This document shows, piece by piece, positions 20,009-30,679 of a DNA stretch of 64,000 bases (positions within the stretch are counted from its first letter, which is position 1; every line of letters starts with the position of its first letter). This stretch comes from Promethearchaeota archaeon. Its GTDB lineage: Archaea; Asgardarchaeota; Lokiarchaeia; Sigyniarchaeales; SOKP01. The position numbers and the translations under genes are program-made. Location: assembly GCA_016840085.1 (NCBI GenBank), contig JAEOTA010000052.1:1-64000 (forward strand), in the 5' to 3' direction. Below the pieces are notes generated by a model. It saw nothing but the letters and a program-made list of their open reading frames with translations. It made no database searches and had not been told where the DNA came from.

Positions 20009-21022
20009 ATGCCATGGGAAGAAGCAAAAAACATCTTAAGACCAGATTTTGTAAATGATGTACATATGGGTGTAATGGAAGTAGATAAAACAAAATGTAC
20101 CAAATGTGGATTATGTATTCAAAATTGCCCATTCCTATGTTGGAAAGAAGACGAAGATGATTTTCCTATACTCAAAGAAGAATATACATGCTTTAGCTGT
20201 TTTAACTGCACTATTCCATGCCCTGTAGATGCAGTAAAAATTGTTGAAACTTATCATGCACATGATGGTTTTTGGAAAACTTATCCATATCCTTTACCTG
20301 TTAAAATGCCTCTTGAGCCTAAAGATGCTGAAGGAAACCCAACTGAATGGAATGCTATTGAAAAAGTAATACTTGAACGTAGAAGTGTTAGGAATTTTAA
20401 AGATAAACCTGTTCCAGATTCTTTAATTCAAAGAGTTCTTGAAGCTGGCAGATTTGCTCCAAGTGCTGGTAATTGTCAACCTTGGAAATTTTTTGTTATA
20501 ACTAATAAAGCAATAATAAAAGAAATAGAACAAATAACTACTCGCAACACAACATACACATATAATATGTATATAAATAACGAAGAAGTAAAGAAGTTAG
20601 AACCGTGGATTAGAGGTGGTGTAGGTGTTTTTGATCCACGGCTTGCTCTGGGTGGTATGGGAATGATTGCAAAACCAGAGATGGGAAGAACTCCCTCTTT
20701 TAATGCACCTGTTGTAATATTATTAGCTGCTGATGAAAGAGCCATTTCAGGTCCACAAATCAATATTGGAATTTGTGGGCAAAATATGAATTTAGTAGCC
20801 AATTCTCTAGGAATAAAAGCTCTTTGGAATGGTTTCATGGGAAGTGTAGTTAATAATATGGAATCGTTAAAGGAAAGATTAAGTATTAAACCTCCTTGGA
20901 CAATAATCACAGCGTTATGTTTAGGTTATCCAAAATTTAAGCAAGAAGGAATGGTTCCAAGGGAATATAGACCGGTAACTTGGTTTAGAGAAGGAAAAGA
21001 TGAAATAGAAATACAAAAATAA
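20009..21022 (+). CDS. Nitroreductase with N-terminal 2x[4Fe-4S] ferredoxin
   Basis: CTKCGLCIQNCP, CFSCFNCTIPCP, RRSVRNF, APSAGNCQPW. Confidence 0.92.
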   Translation: MPWEEAKNILRPDFVNDVHMGVMEVDKTKCTKCGLCIQNCPFLCWKEDEDDFPILKEEYTCFSCFNCTIPCPVDAVKIVETYHAHDGFWKTYPYPLPVKMPLEPKDAEGNPTEWNAIEKVILERRSVRNFKDKPVPDSLIQRVLEAGRFAPSAGNCQPWKFFVITNKAIIKEIEQITTRNTTYTYNMYINNEEVKKLEPWIRGGVGVFDPRLALGGMGMIAKPEMGRTPSFNAPVVILLAADERAISGPQINIGICGQNMNLVANSLGIKALWNGFMGSVVNNMESLKERLSIKPPWTIITALCLGYPKFKQEGMVPREYRPVTWFREGKDEIEIQK

Positions 21023-21144
21023 TTTAAAGATTGTTTGAATATAACAATGGGTACTTAAAGATACACATATAAAGTATTAGATTATTAGAGCTGCTTGCTC
21101 TATATCACATTAATTTTGAAAATTGAGCCTTACAAAAGATTAAA

Positions 21145-21178
21145 TGAATGAAACTATACAAATCGAATGTTTCATTCA
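21145..21178. terminator. Perfect 10-bp inverted repeat between convergent genes
   Basis: TGAATGAAAC-N14-GTTTCATTCA; terminator role is an inference. Confidence 0.35.
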
Positions 21179-21229
21179 AACATTTTGTCATTTAATTTAA
21201 AAAAGGACTAGAAAAACCTTTTCATTCAC

Positions 21230-22564
21230 CTATTTTATAACAGCCTGTTTTTTAAACTCCTCGATTTCATTTTTATTGTAACCAAACTGTTCCAGGATGG
21301 AAACCGAATCCTCCCCTAAAGTTGGGGCACCCTTTCCGGGTTTTACCGGATTTTTCATGAACCTAATCGGGTGACCGAACATTTTATAAGAGCCGAGTTC
21401 ACTGTTTTCAAGATCCCAGATCATATTCAGAGCCTTAACTTGAGGATCATAGAAAAGATTCGCACTGTAATTTACTTGTCCGCACGGTACGCCGACTTTT
21501 TCCAGAGCTTCGATCCATTCCTCATTTTTCTTTTCTCGAAAACGCTCTTCAAACTGATCTGTCATCGCTTTTTGATGGTTGATGACATCATCGTTCATCT
21601 CACTAAATTCAACTTTTGCCCCCTTTTCATAAATGCCTATCACTTCGCACACCTTTTTTCTTTGTGGGCTGGTGAGTGCGGCAATACTTATGAACCCATT
21701 TGCAGTTTCATAAATCCGATAATATGGATATGAATATCTGTCTGCAGGCCTGTGATTACAATCAGGAACATCGAGTATACGGGTTGATTCAGGCATTTCA
21801 TACCGGAGTCTTAAGTAGGCTAGCGCATCGATAATTTCTGTATGAGATTTTCCATCCCGAAAAGCGCTGCTCAAAAGATCCAATTCCTCCTGATGTCTTT
21901 CCTTATCCAGTTTTTCGACCTGTGCGAAGCCTGTAGTCAACAAAGCCATACCAGTAGTGAAGAGCGATGTTTCAATTTTTTGACCCTCTCCAGTTTTCGT
22001 TCTAGAAAAAAGAGCAGCTACAGCGCTGAGGGCATTGAGCATACCAGTACCGATATCTACATACGGGCTTCCTCCAGGTCCGCGTGGTTTACCGTCTTCA
22101 TCAGCATAGTGGGCCATAATGCCAGAAGCGGCGTGTGCGATAATATCAAAGCCTTTACGATTCTGATAGGGGCCAATTTCACCGAATGCAGTGCTTGAGA
22201 TAAAAATCAGTCTCTTATTGATGGTTGAAAGGGTTTCATAATCTATCCCGAGTCTTTTAGCGACTCCAGGGGCATAATTTTGGATTACGATATCGGTCTT
22301 TTCAACCAGATGGTAGACAATCTTCTTGGCTTCTTCCTTTCCCATGTCCAAACAAAGACTTTTCTTGCCTCTGTTCATAGTTAAGGCCATTCTTGTATTG
22401 CCTTTATATCGTGAGGATCTGCCCCATCGTCTCTCTTCCGATCCATCGGGGGGTTCGATTTTTATCACCTCTGCGCCCAGATCCGCAAGCAGAAACCCGC
22501 AGTATGGACCGGCGATGTATTCAGAAAAATCCAATACTAATATACCATCTAAAATCCCGCTCAT
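21230..22564 (-). CDS. CoA transferase family III (CaiB/BaiF)
   Basis: IAGPYC..LADLGAEVIKIEPP, NRGKKS, APTLGED. Confidence 0.93.
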   Translation of the reverse strand: MSGILDGILVLDFSEYIAGPYCGFLLADLGAEVIKIEPPDGSEERRWGRSSRYKGNTRMALTMNRGKKSLCLDMGKEEAKKIVYHLVEKTDIVIQNYAPGVAKRLGIDYETLSTINKRLIFISSTAFGEIGPYQNRKGFDIIAHAASGIMAHYADEDGKPRGPGGSPYVDIGTGMLNALSAVAALFSRTKTGEGQKIETSLFTTGMALLTTGFAQVEKLDKERHQEELDLLSSAFRDGKSHTEIIDALAYLRLRYEMPESTRILDVPDCNHRPADRYSYPYYRIYETANGFISIAALTSPQRKKVCEVIGIYEKGAKVEFSEMNDDVINHQKAMTDQFEERFREKKNEEWIEALEKVGVPCGQVNYSANLFYDPQVKALNMIWDLENSELGSYKMFGHPIRFMKNPVKPGKGAPTLGEDSVSILEQFGYNKNEIEEFKKQAVIK

Positions 22565-22664
22565 TTATTATTTTCTCCTTTATTGATAATATTTATAATA
22601 ATTACATATTGTTTATTAAATATTATCATAAAAATAGCCATTAACTAGTCAAAGATAATGATTA

Positions 22665-22688
22665 TTTCAGAAATGTTAATTTCTGAAA
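22665..22688. promoter_or_regulatory. Palindrome upstream of the CoA transferase (possible operator or hairpin)
   Basis: TTTCAGAAAT-GTTA-ATTTCTGAAA, a perfect 10-bp inverted repeat. Confidence 0.3.
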
Positions 22689-22810
22689 AACTAGAGAAAG
22701 AGATATTTTCTAATGAGCAGTATATTAACACAAGATAAAAATGAAAAAAATATGTAATTGAGATTATTGTGATTGTTTAAATTTCTCTCCAATTTACTAC
22801 TTTCTTTTTT

Positions 22811-23326
22811 TCATTTAATCTCTAACCGGATTTGTTGTACCTGTTTTTCTAGATAAATGAATCCATTTAATTTAAAATCAGATGAATCCATTATCGTCCA
22901 TATTTGGTTTTTTATAGCGGTTTTAACCATCATTGGTGAGTTTACTACAGCATTATAGAATTTGTATAGATATTTCATATACTTAACATCAAATCTGCTT
23001 GGATAAGCTTCAGCAGGATGAGAATGGAAGATGCTTAGAACTCTTCTATTATATTTTTCATAAGCATTTTTAATTATCCTATGTAATTCTTCAATATTTT
23101 CCATTAAGAAGTCTACAGGTGAACTTTTATCGGATTCAATACATTCAAATATTTCTGCGTTATAGTGGTATTGAAATTCATTTGGAACCTCTAAAATAAT
23201 CTCTCTTGGTTTAGGACCGATTAAAAGTCCAAAAGATTCATTAGGACTTGCTTTTTCGACACATTTTTTCATTTTTTCATAAATTTCTTGACTGATAAAA
23301 AGAATAATATCCTTTTCATATTTCAT
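22811..23326 (-). CDS. JAB/MPN (JAMM) metalloprotease
   Basis: PNESFGLLIG and FHSHPAEAYPSRFD, matching the JAMM E..HSH..S..D motif. Confidence 0.88.
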   Translation of the reverse strand: MKYEKDIILFISQEIYEKMKKCVEKASPNESFGLLIGPKPREIILEVPNEFQYHYNAEIFECIESDKSSPVDFLMENIEELHRIIKNAYEKYNRRVLSIFHSHPAEAYPSRFDVKYMKYLYKFYNAVVNSPMMVKTAIKNQIWTIMDSSDFKLNGFIYLEKQVQQIRLEIK

Positions 23327-23347
23327 TTCAATGACCTTTATCTTATA

Positions 23348-24044
23348 TTAAATTAAAGTTAAAGCCGCATTCATGGCAGCAAGCCTAGCCTTTTTAATAT
23401 CATCACCTAAACCAATGATAATAACATCACCCCTTTCTAAATTCAATGATATACGCATGTTTTTACTATGAAATGTTTTAAAATATTTGTCTAATCTTTC
23501 ACTCACTTTCCAATGTTGTTTGTCATCTTCAGGCAAAGATTTCTCAGGAAATACAAGATTTTCCCCGTTATAGATTAAACATGTTGCTCCATTTCCATTA
23601 ATTTTAATTGCAGCGTCTCGTTGAGCAATTCCATTTGTAATTTTATTTGCACTGTTTTTGACTTGGCAAATATAAGGATTTATTTTTTCAGATTCAATTA
23701 TAATTTCTTTTAAAATTGACAAATCTCCTTCTTCAATGAGAGGAATTTTCTCTTTAATCTTTTTTAGAAAAGTTAATCCTTTCTTAGTAAGAATATGACC
23801 CTTTCGCTTATTCTCATCAGTTAAGACAGTTATAAAATTAATTGTTTTATTTAACTTTTTGATTAAAGATCTTGCTGTTCCTGATCCAATTAATAACTCT
23901 TTTTGTAGTCGATATCTTCCAATTCCTTCCTTATTCTGTTCAAATATGAATAATGCTAAAATAATATGAACCTTTTCAAACGTAGGTTTAATAGTAGTAC
24001 TCTGAAATAAGGGTTCTAACTCTTCTAACATTATTACATTCATG
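23348..24044 (-). CDS. Winged-HTH domain protein (DUF4443-like)
   Basis: IGRYRLQKELLIGSGTARSLIKKL, GIAQRDAAIKING, GDVIIIG; start codon uncertain. Confidence 0.7.
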
Positions 24045-24168
24045 TATAAATAAGTAATCAAAGAAAAAAAATAATATTAAAAAATATAAATCAATCTGTC
24101 ATTTTATTATTTATCTAGATTCTTGGAATTCAACTCTAAAATCCCTAATTAAATCAAAACAATTCGAC

Positions 24169-25158
24169 ATGACAGATGAAAAAAAGGAATTTAACTCAAA
24201 AAAAACACAAGATTTAGTGATTTTCACAGCTAAAGAAGAAGATCAAAGCACAGCAGTAGATAAATACACATTTGAAAAAATTGATCAAGAAGATAAAATA
24301 AAATTATTTAATGATTTCAGACGTTACGGAGGTCATTATAAATATTCAATTCAATTAATTAATGAAAGTATAGCACCAATTACTGATGTTAAGATTAAAA
24401 TAATCTACCCTAAATTCTTAAAAGTTTCCAGATGGACTCCCCCAACAATATATTTACCTGAATCTATTGAAGATAAAGATATAATGCGTATAATCCTTGA
24501 ATACGATGAGGTGGTAGAGAATAGTTCAAAAGCAATTAATTTATATTTTACTCCTACTGCTTTAAATAATGAAGGTGAAATTAGAACAGTCATAACTTAT
24601 GTAAATAATAAAGATTTTGTAAGAGTTCTTGATTCCGATGTAGCAAAAGTAAATATTCATAAACTAACCATAAATCCTAAAGTAATTCCAAGTTCACAAA
24701 TAAGGCAAATTTCACAAACTCCAGGGATAATAAAAGTTATTAAAAGCTTAGGGATTGGAACAAACCTTAGATGGGATATTGACCTTTATTTCAATATTTT
24801 AGAACAATTTTTCTTGATTCATAACTTTCAACTTGTAACTAAAGACCCTGTCAAGAGGATTTTATGGTTCTTTGGCACAGATTTAGAATCTGAAGTAGAT
24901 ATATTAGCTATAGGGCAAATCATATCAAATAAAATAGAATTAATAGCCACTTCTCAAAACCAAGAAGTATTAATATCGCTTTTAACATTGTTTACAAATG
25001 ATTTTACTGAACAACTTATAAGAAGAGGTTTGATAAATTCTGAAGACCAGATTTTTGAATTAGAATGCGAAATTTGTGGGGCTATTCTACCTTATTTTCC
25101 TAAAAAAGGGGAAGAAATTGAATGTACTAAGTGTAATTACGAACAAATGGTTTGGTAA
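24169..25158 (+). CDS. Adaptin-appendage-like (Ig ear + platform) protein with C-terminal Zn ribbon
   Basis: YSIQLINESIAPITDVKIKI..AINLYFTP..EIRTVITY sandwich, then an alpha/beta platform-like segment and CEIC..CTKC. Confidence 0.55.
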   Translation: MTDEKKEFNSKKTQDLVIFTAKEEDQSTAVDKYTFEKIDQEDKIKLFNDFRRYGGHYKYSIQLINESIAPITDVKIKIIYPKFLKVSRWTPPTIYLPESIEDKDIMRIILEYDEVVENSSKAINLYFTPTALNNEGEIRTVITYVNNKDFVRVLDSDVAKVNIHKLTINPKVIPSSQIRQISQTPGIIKVIKSLGIGTNLRWDIDLYFNILEQFFLIHNFQLVTKDPVKRILWFFGTDLESEVDILAIGQIISNKIELIATSQNQEVLISLLTLFTNDFTEQLIRRGLINSEDQIFELECEICGAILPYFPKKGEEIECTKCNYEQMVW

Positions 25159-25240
25159 AAAAATTAATATTTTCATTCTAATTTATTTATATAATTCCAA
25201 ATCTACATAATAGACTTCTTTTATAAAAACAATAAAAATA

Positions 25241-26659
25241 ATGAGTACAATAAAAAAGGAATTTGTACCTACAATGGTTGAAATGATGACATGGACTACT
25301 GAAATATTCAACCAAGGCATTCGACGTCCAGGATATCCCGCAGATTGTTGGGCAGAAAAATGGGTTAAAGCTCAATTTGAAACTTTTGGCTTACATAATA
25401 TAATTCTTGATCCTGTTTCTGTAAAAAAGTGGGAAAATGATGATGCAAAACTTAGAATTTGGTTGGTTAATAATCCTAATGATGTAACTGATATCCCTTG
25501 TTTTCCAATCCCATATACTAGATCAGTAGATGGTCTTGAAGCCGAATTATGCATGATTTCAGATAAATCTCCTTTACCAAGGAAAATTAATGTTATGGAA
25601 TTAAATTTGTTTAAGTTACCAGCAAAACTACTAAAATCTTTACCTGGGATAGATAGATATTTTGATCCTAAGAATGAATTTGATAATCTAACACAAATAA
25701 TTCCATTTGATTTCACAATGCGGACTTTTTTAGATACTACATCAGAAAATAATGCAATTGGTTTCATTGGAATTCTTTCTGGCTATCCTTGGGAAACAGA
25801 TAAATACTATGTTCCTTATGATGCTGTTGAGAGAAATATATCTGGGGTATACGTCAGTCGAAATAACGGGAAAAAAATTTCGAAATTACTTGAAAAAGGG
25901 ACAGTGAAGGCTAACATGTCGTATAATGCTAAGATCTCTGAGGTTATTTCTTATAATATTACAGGTACATTACAAGGAATGTCTGATGAATGGATTATAA
26001 TAGGTACTCACCATGATGGACCTTGGAAGTCGGCAGTAGAAGATGCTTCAGGAATGGCTTTAGTTTTAGCTCAAGCAAAATATTGGTCTCAAATTCCTAA
26101 AGAACAGCGTCCATTCAACTTAATGTTTTTAATGAATTGCGCACATATGGCAGGAGCCAAAGGTGCTATTAATTTTATACACACAAATAAAGAACTGTTG
26201 AAAAAGGTGATTGTCGGCATTCATTTGGAACATGTTGCTCGTGATGTAAAAAGTGAAAATGGAAATTTAATTCCACTAGATGATCCTACTATACGCTGGT
26301 GGTTTGTAAGTCGAATATTACCTCTTGAAGAAATTGTAGAAGATGCTATTATAAAAGAAAATTTAGAACGCTCTATTTTACTCCCCCCTGATGGTTTTCC
26401 TCCTGAAAGAGATAGTCCTCCTACTGATGGCAGTTTTTATCATCCAGAAGGAATTCCTTTCATATCATTTTTAACAGCACCCCCATACCTATTTGATACT
26501 GCTGATACATTGGATAAAATCCACGAAGAAAGTTATGAACCTCTTACTCGAACAGTTATTAGAATAATTAATTCATTAAAGAATCATACTGCCGAAGAAT
26601 TAAAAAGCCTTGTTTTAACTAAGAAAGAACGACAAAAAATAAGAAAAAAAGTGAAATAA
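25241..26659 (+). CDS. M28-family peptidase-like protein with PA-like insert
   Basis: IIIGTHHDG..AVEDASG, HLEH, DTLDKI; usual EE motif replaced by AHM. Confidence 0.75.
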   Translation: MSTIKKEFVPTMVEMMTWTTEIFNQGIRRPGYPADCWAEKWVKAQFETFGLHNIILDPVSVKKWENDDAKLRIWLVNNPNDVTDIPCFPIPYTRSVDGLEAELCMISDKSPLPRKINVMELNLFKLPAKLLKSLPGIDRYFDPKNEFDNLTQIIPFDFTMRTFLDTTSENNAIGFIGILSGYPWETDKYYVPYDAVERNISGVYVSRNNGKKISKLLEKGTVKANMSYNAKISEVISYNITGTLQGMSDEWIIIGTHHDGPWKSAVEDASGMALVLAQAKYWSQIPKEQRPFNLMFLMNCAHMAGAKGAINFIHTNKELLKKVIVGIHLEHVARDVKSENGNLIPLDDPTIRWWFVSRILPLEEIVEDAIIKENLERSILLPPDGFPPERDSPPTDGSFYHPEGIPFISFLTAPPYLFDTADTLDKIHEESYEPLTRTVIRIINSLKNHTAEELKSLVLTKKERQKIRKKVK

Positions 26660-26668
26660 GATAAGAAA

Positions 26669-27112
26669 ATGGAATATAAAGATATTTTAAATAAATTAGC
26701 TCCATGTGGGCTCAATTGTTATAAATGTTTTGCTAACTCTGAGGGTGCTATAAGAAAAACTAGTATAAAACTTCAAAATTTATTAGGCTCATTTGATATA
26801 TACGCCGAAAGATTTTCGTCATTTCTACCAATTTTTAAAAAATATCCTTCTTTTAAAGCATTACTTACTTATTTAACAGAAGAGAATTGTCCAGGATGTA
26901 GGAAAGGCTCTTGTTTATATCCTGACTGTGGTGTAAAAGATTGTTATAAAGATAAAAATATTGATTTCTGTTTCCAATGTGATGAATTTCCTTGCGAAAA
27001 AACTAATTTTGATCCCCATCTTAAGCGAAGATGGATGCAAATTAATAATCGAATGAAAAAAATAGGTATCGAGTCATATTATCAAGAGACTAAAGATGTA
27101 CCAAGATATTGA
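26669..27112 (+). CDS. Cys-rich DUF3795-like protein
   Basis: APCGLNCYKC, CPGCR, CGVKDC, FCFQCDEFPC. Confidence 0.8.
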   Translation: MEYKDILNKLAPCGLNCYKCFANSEGAIRKTSIKLQNLLGSFDIYAERFSSFLPIFKKYPSFKALLTYLTEENCPGCRKGSCLYPDCGVKDCYKDKNIDFCFQCDEFPCEKTNFDPHLKRRWMQINNRMKKIGIESYYQETKDVPRY

Positions 27113-27640
27113 TTATAATTTAAAAGCTAACTGTAGAAAACTTGTTTGAATTTTCTTTTTATTTAAAAAAAACTTAAGTTTAACTTTATTATATTGATTT
27201 TTCTCTCCAATATTCATGATTAAATTTAAATTTTTAATCTTAAAGATTCTATGGTCCCAAATATTAAAAATAAATCATTTAGTAAATCTTCAAAAATTTT
27301 CTAATATAGCGTTTCACAATTTGAACATTTTTGCCTTATCTCTTTAATTTTCAACGATATTTTTTTCAGAGCAAATCTTAGAAAGGATTATATTAAAAAA
27401 ATCCCTAAATTTCAACAAAAATCTAATTTCCATAAAAAAATCCAAACTTCCACGAAATTGATCATTTGTATTATTCTGAATTTTGTCGTGTAACTTTTTT
27501 TATTTTTTTTCCCATACAACTAAGCATGAATCAAAATCTTTAAATATATTATAGATGTATATCTATATAACAAACTCTTAAAAAATAACAAATTTCAATA
27601 CTAAAAAATATTTAATTATAAAAAAGTGGAGGAAATAAAA

Positions 27641-27856
27641 ATGGCAGGTTCTGAATATATAAGTTGGAGTCCTATTAGAAGATTAATGAAACATAATGGG
27701 GCTATTATTGTCGCTCGAGATGCAGTTGATGAATTAGTTGATTGGATGGGTCAATCAGCCGAAAAAATCACAAAAACCGCATTAACTTTAACCAAGCATT
27801 CCAAAAGAAAGAAAGTAACTCGGGACGACATCCTTTTAGCTATTAAATACTTCTAA
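27641..27856 (+). CDS. Archaeal histone (HMf-like)
   Basis: SPIRRLMKHNGA..VARDA..HSKRKKVTRDDILLA; GGAGGA RBS. Confidence 0.93.
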   Translation: MAGSEYISWSPIRRLMKHNGAIIVARDAVDELVDWMGQSAEKITKTALTLTKHSKRKKVTRDDILLAIKYF

Positions 27857-27988
27857 ATAGGTAAACTTTTTAAAATTCTCTTTTATTTTTTTTTTTTAAT
27901 TTTCTTACTTAAAATAATTAAATACCACAAGAAATATTAAAATACTATACGTTCAATTTAATTTATATCAATTAAATTGTGATAAAAA

Positions 27989-28717
27989 TTGGATGTAGAA
28001 GAGAAGATTGAGCAATATTTAAAATTTAAACGTAGTCTTAAATTTCCTATTAATCCTCAAGAGTGTGCTCTCATAATTATTGATATGCAAAATTATCAAG
28101 TCAAAGAAACATCTCCTACTGTAGAATTTTTTGAAAAATTTGCTTCAGGCTTAACTCAATATTTTGTAAAGCAAGTTGATGAGGTAGTAAATCCAAATAT
28201 ATCTCGATTATTAGAATTCTTTAGAGCAAATAAAATCCCAATATACTATACTAAATTCGCTTGCCGCAGAAATGATCGTAAAGATTATGCAATTAATATA
28301 CGTACAATAAACGAATTATCCGAAAATTTGATTGGTAAATATATTTTTCCATCTATTCAAGATCCTCTTGCGGATATTATCTCTGAACTAAAACCAGAAG
28401 AAAATGATATGATTATTCCTAAGACGACCAGTGGCACATTTAGTTCAACAGATCTTGAGCATCAATTAAGAAGCTTAGGAGTAAACTCTGTAATAATTAC
28501 TGGAGTCGTTACTCACATGTGTGTAGAAAATACAGCTAGAATCGCATCTGATTTAGGATTCAACGTTTTTGTAGTCGATGATGCATGTGCGGGATGGTCC
28601 CCAACTTTACATAATGCAGCATTAAGAGCTTTGGAATTAATCTTTGCTAATATCGTTACTACTGATGAAATTCTAAAAACTTTGAATAGACAGGTCCAAA
28701 AGGTTAATAAAAATTAA
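27989..28717 (+). CDS. Isochorismatase-family cysteine hydrolase
   Basis: IIIDMQN, K, TGVVTHMCVENTAR, DACA; TTG start. Confidence 0.9.
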   Translation: MDVEEKIEQYLKFKRSLKFPINPQECALIIIDMQNYQVKETSPTVEFFEKFASGLTQYFVKQVDEVVNPNISRLLEFFRANKIPIYYTKFACRRNDRKDYAINIRTINELSENLIGKYIFPSIQDPLADIISELKPEENDMIIPKTTSGTFSSTDLEHQLRSLGVNSVIITGVVTHMCVENTARIASDLGFNVFVVDDACAGWSPTLHNAALRALELIFANIVTTDEILKTLNRQVQKVNKN

Positions 28718-28788
28718 TTGTTTTTACTTCTATAATATTAAAATATTAAAAACACTATGCAAAATTAATCAATGATCAAAAAACAGAA

Positions 28789-30654
28789 ATGTCAGCATCA
28801 AACAAAGCAAATCAAAAAGAAGAAAAAAAGGGGCCATATATCATATCTCAAGAAGAGTATAAAAGCAAGATCCAGCCATCATGGAATTTGAAAACTCCTT
28901 TAATAATGAAAGGTGCAGCATGGATGGTTGAGCATCCATCTGATTCAAAATACTCTATAGGACTTCGAATTGAAGAACTCGCGGTTGCGTATCCTGATAA
29001 ATTGGCTTTACTATATGAAGATGAAAAATATACTCATAAAGAGTTTAATCAATGGATTAATCGTTATGCCAATTATTTTATTGATTTCGGTTTAAGACGT
29101 GGGGATATAGCTGTTATATTCGTGGAAAATCGTTCAGAATATATGTTCATAATTTTAGCATTGGGTAAATTAGGGGTCATTTCTTCATTAATTAACACCA
29201 ATCTACGTGAGAATCCACTTATTCACAGTATGACACATACTCCCGGCAAGGTGTATATTATTGGAGAAGAACTTATTCAAGCGTTTGAAGATGTTAAATC
29301 TAGACTAGCATTAATTGATGAGCAAAAAAATAGTATCTTTTTTTTGCCTGATAAAGGTGAATTGAACACACCTGAAGGATACATCAATCTTAAAGAATTT
29401 ATTAAGGATTCTGATACTAATAATCCCCCTACAACTTCAGAGATTCTAATGAGAGATCCATTCATCTACATTTTTACTTCTGGAACTACAGGACTTCCAA
29501 AGGCTGCGATCTTAAAAAATAGTTCAATATTGACTGCGATGACATGGTGGGGAGATATGGTTGTTGGAATGAAAGCTGATGATATAATATATATTACAAC
29601 TCCATTATTTCATAGTCATGGGATAAAAGTAGCTTTTGCTGCGGCACTGTATAGAGGATCTGCAATGGCAATCGCTAGAAAATTTAGTGCGAGTAAATTT
29701 TGGGATGAAGCTAGAAAGTTTAATGCTACTTGTTTTAATTATGTAGGAGAAATATGCAGGTATTTGTATAACCAACCTCTAAAACCAGACGATGCAGATA
29801 ATCCTATTGTAAAAATAGTTGGGAATGGGCTTAGACCCGATATTTGGCTAGAATTCAAGAAAAGATTTAATATCCAAGAGATAAGAGAGTTTTATGGCGC
29901 AACAGAGGATTTTGTTCCTAATTTTGCTAATATACATAATCTCGATAAAACTTGCGGGGTATGTTTAACACCTTGTGCAATTGTCAAATATGATATTGAA
30001 GCAGATGAACCAGTCAGAAATGAGAGAGGTCGTATGAAGAAGGTAAAGACAGGTGAAATTGGGCTATTACTGGGGCAAATCACAGATCCCGATAATTTTT
30101 ATATGTATAAAGACGAAAAGGCTACTGAAAAAAAAGTATTTCGTGATGTCTTCAGGAAAGGAGATATGTATATCAATACAGGAGATCTATTAAGAAATAT
30201 TGGTTATGGTCATGTTCAATTTGTGGATCGCTTAGGTGATACATTTAGGTGGAAGGGTGAAAATGTATCTACAGAGGAAGTTGAATTTGTAATTAATACT
30301 TTTGAACAAATTGATATGTGTTCTGTTTATGGCGTGTTGATTCCACATACAGAGGGTCGTGCGGGTATGGCATCAGTACATAAAAGTATTGCTGATGAGT
30401 TCGATTTCGAAGGGTTTTTGAACATTTTACAAAAGTACTTACCACATTATGCCATTCCTAAGTTTATTCGAATAATTGATAAATTTAGTTTTACTGCTAC
30501 ACATAAGATTCAAAAAGTAAATCTAAAAAAAGAGGGATATAATATTAATGAGCTAAATGATCCTATATTTGTTCTTTTACCAGGTAGTTCTGAGTATATT
30601 CTCCTAACAGAAGAAATTTATCAAGGAATCTCTGAAGGAAAATATCCATTTTAG
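28789..30654 (+). CDS. Long-chain acyl-CoA synthetase (FATP/SLC27-like)
   Basis: IFTSGTTGLPK, FYGATE, FVDRLGDTFRWKGENVST. Confidence 0.93.
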   Translation: MSASNKANQKEEKKGPYIISQEEYKSKIQPSWNLKTPLIMKGAAWMVEHPSDSKYSIGLRIEELAVAYPDKLALLYEDEKYTHKEFNQWINRYANYFIDFGLRRGDIAVIFVENRSEYMFIILALGKLGVISSLINTNLRENPLIHSMTHTPGKVYIIGEELIQAFEDVKSRLALIDEQKNSIFFLPDKGELNTPEGYINLKEFIKDSDTNNPPTTSEILMRDPFIYIFTSGTTGLPKAAILKNSSILTAMTWWGDMVVGMKADDIIYITTPLFHSHGIKVAFAAALYRGSAMAIARKFSASKFWDEARKFNATCFNYVGEICRYLYNQPLKPDDADNPIVKIVGNGLRPDIWLEFKKRFNIQEIREFYGATEDFVPNFANIHNLDKTCGVCLTPCAIVKYDIEADEPVRNERGRMKKVKTGEIGLLLGQITDPDNFYMYKDEKATEKKVFRDVFRKGDMYINTGDLLRNIGYGHVQFVDRLGDTFRWKGENVSTEEVEFVINTFEQIDMCSVYGVLIPHTEGRAGMASVHKSIADEFDFEGFLNILQKYLPHYAIPKFIRIIDKFSFTATHKIQKVNLKKEGYNINELNDPIFVLLPGSSEYILLTEEIYQGISEGKYPF

Positions 30655-30679
30655 GATGAAAACTTAATAATTAATAGAA

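Noticed and set aside
20476-22644. Several 83-144 aa ORFs overlapping the nitroreductase and CoA transferase
   Set aside because: Antisense shadows with no motifs; the other short overlapping ORFs in the track were dismissed for the same reason.
27113-27625. ncRNA or replication origin in the long intergenic region before the histone gene
   Set aside because: Uniformly AT-rich, with no ORB-like repeats, stable stems or adjacent cdc6/orc1 seen.
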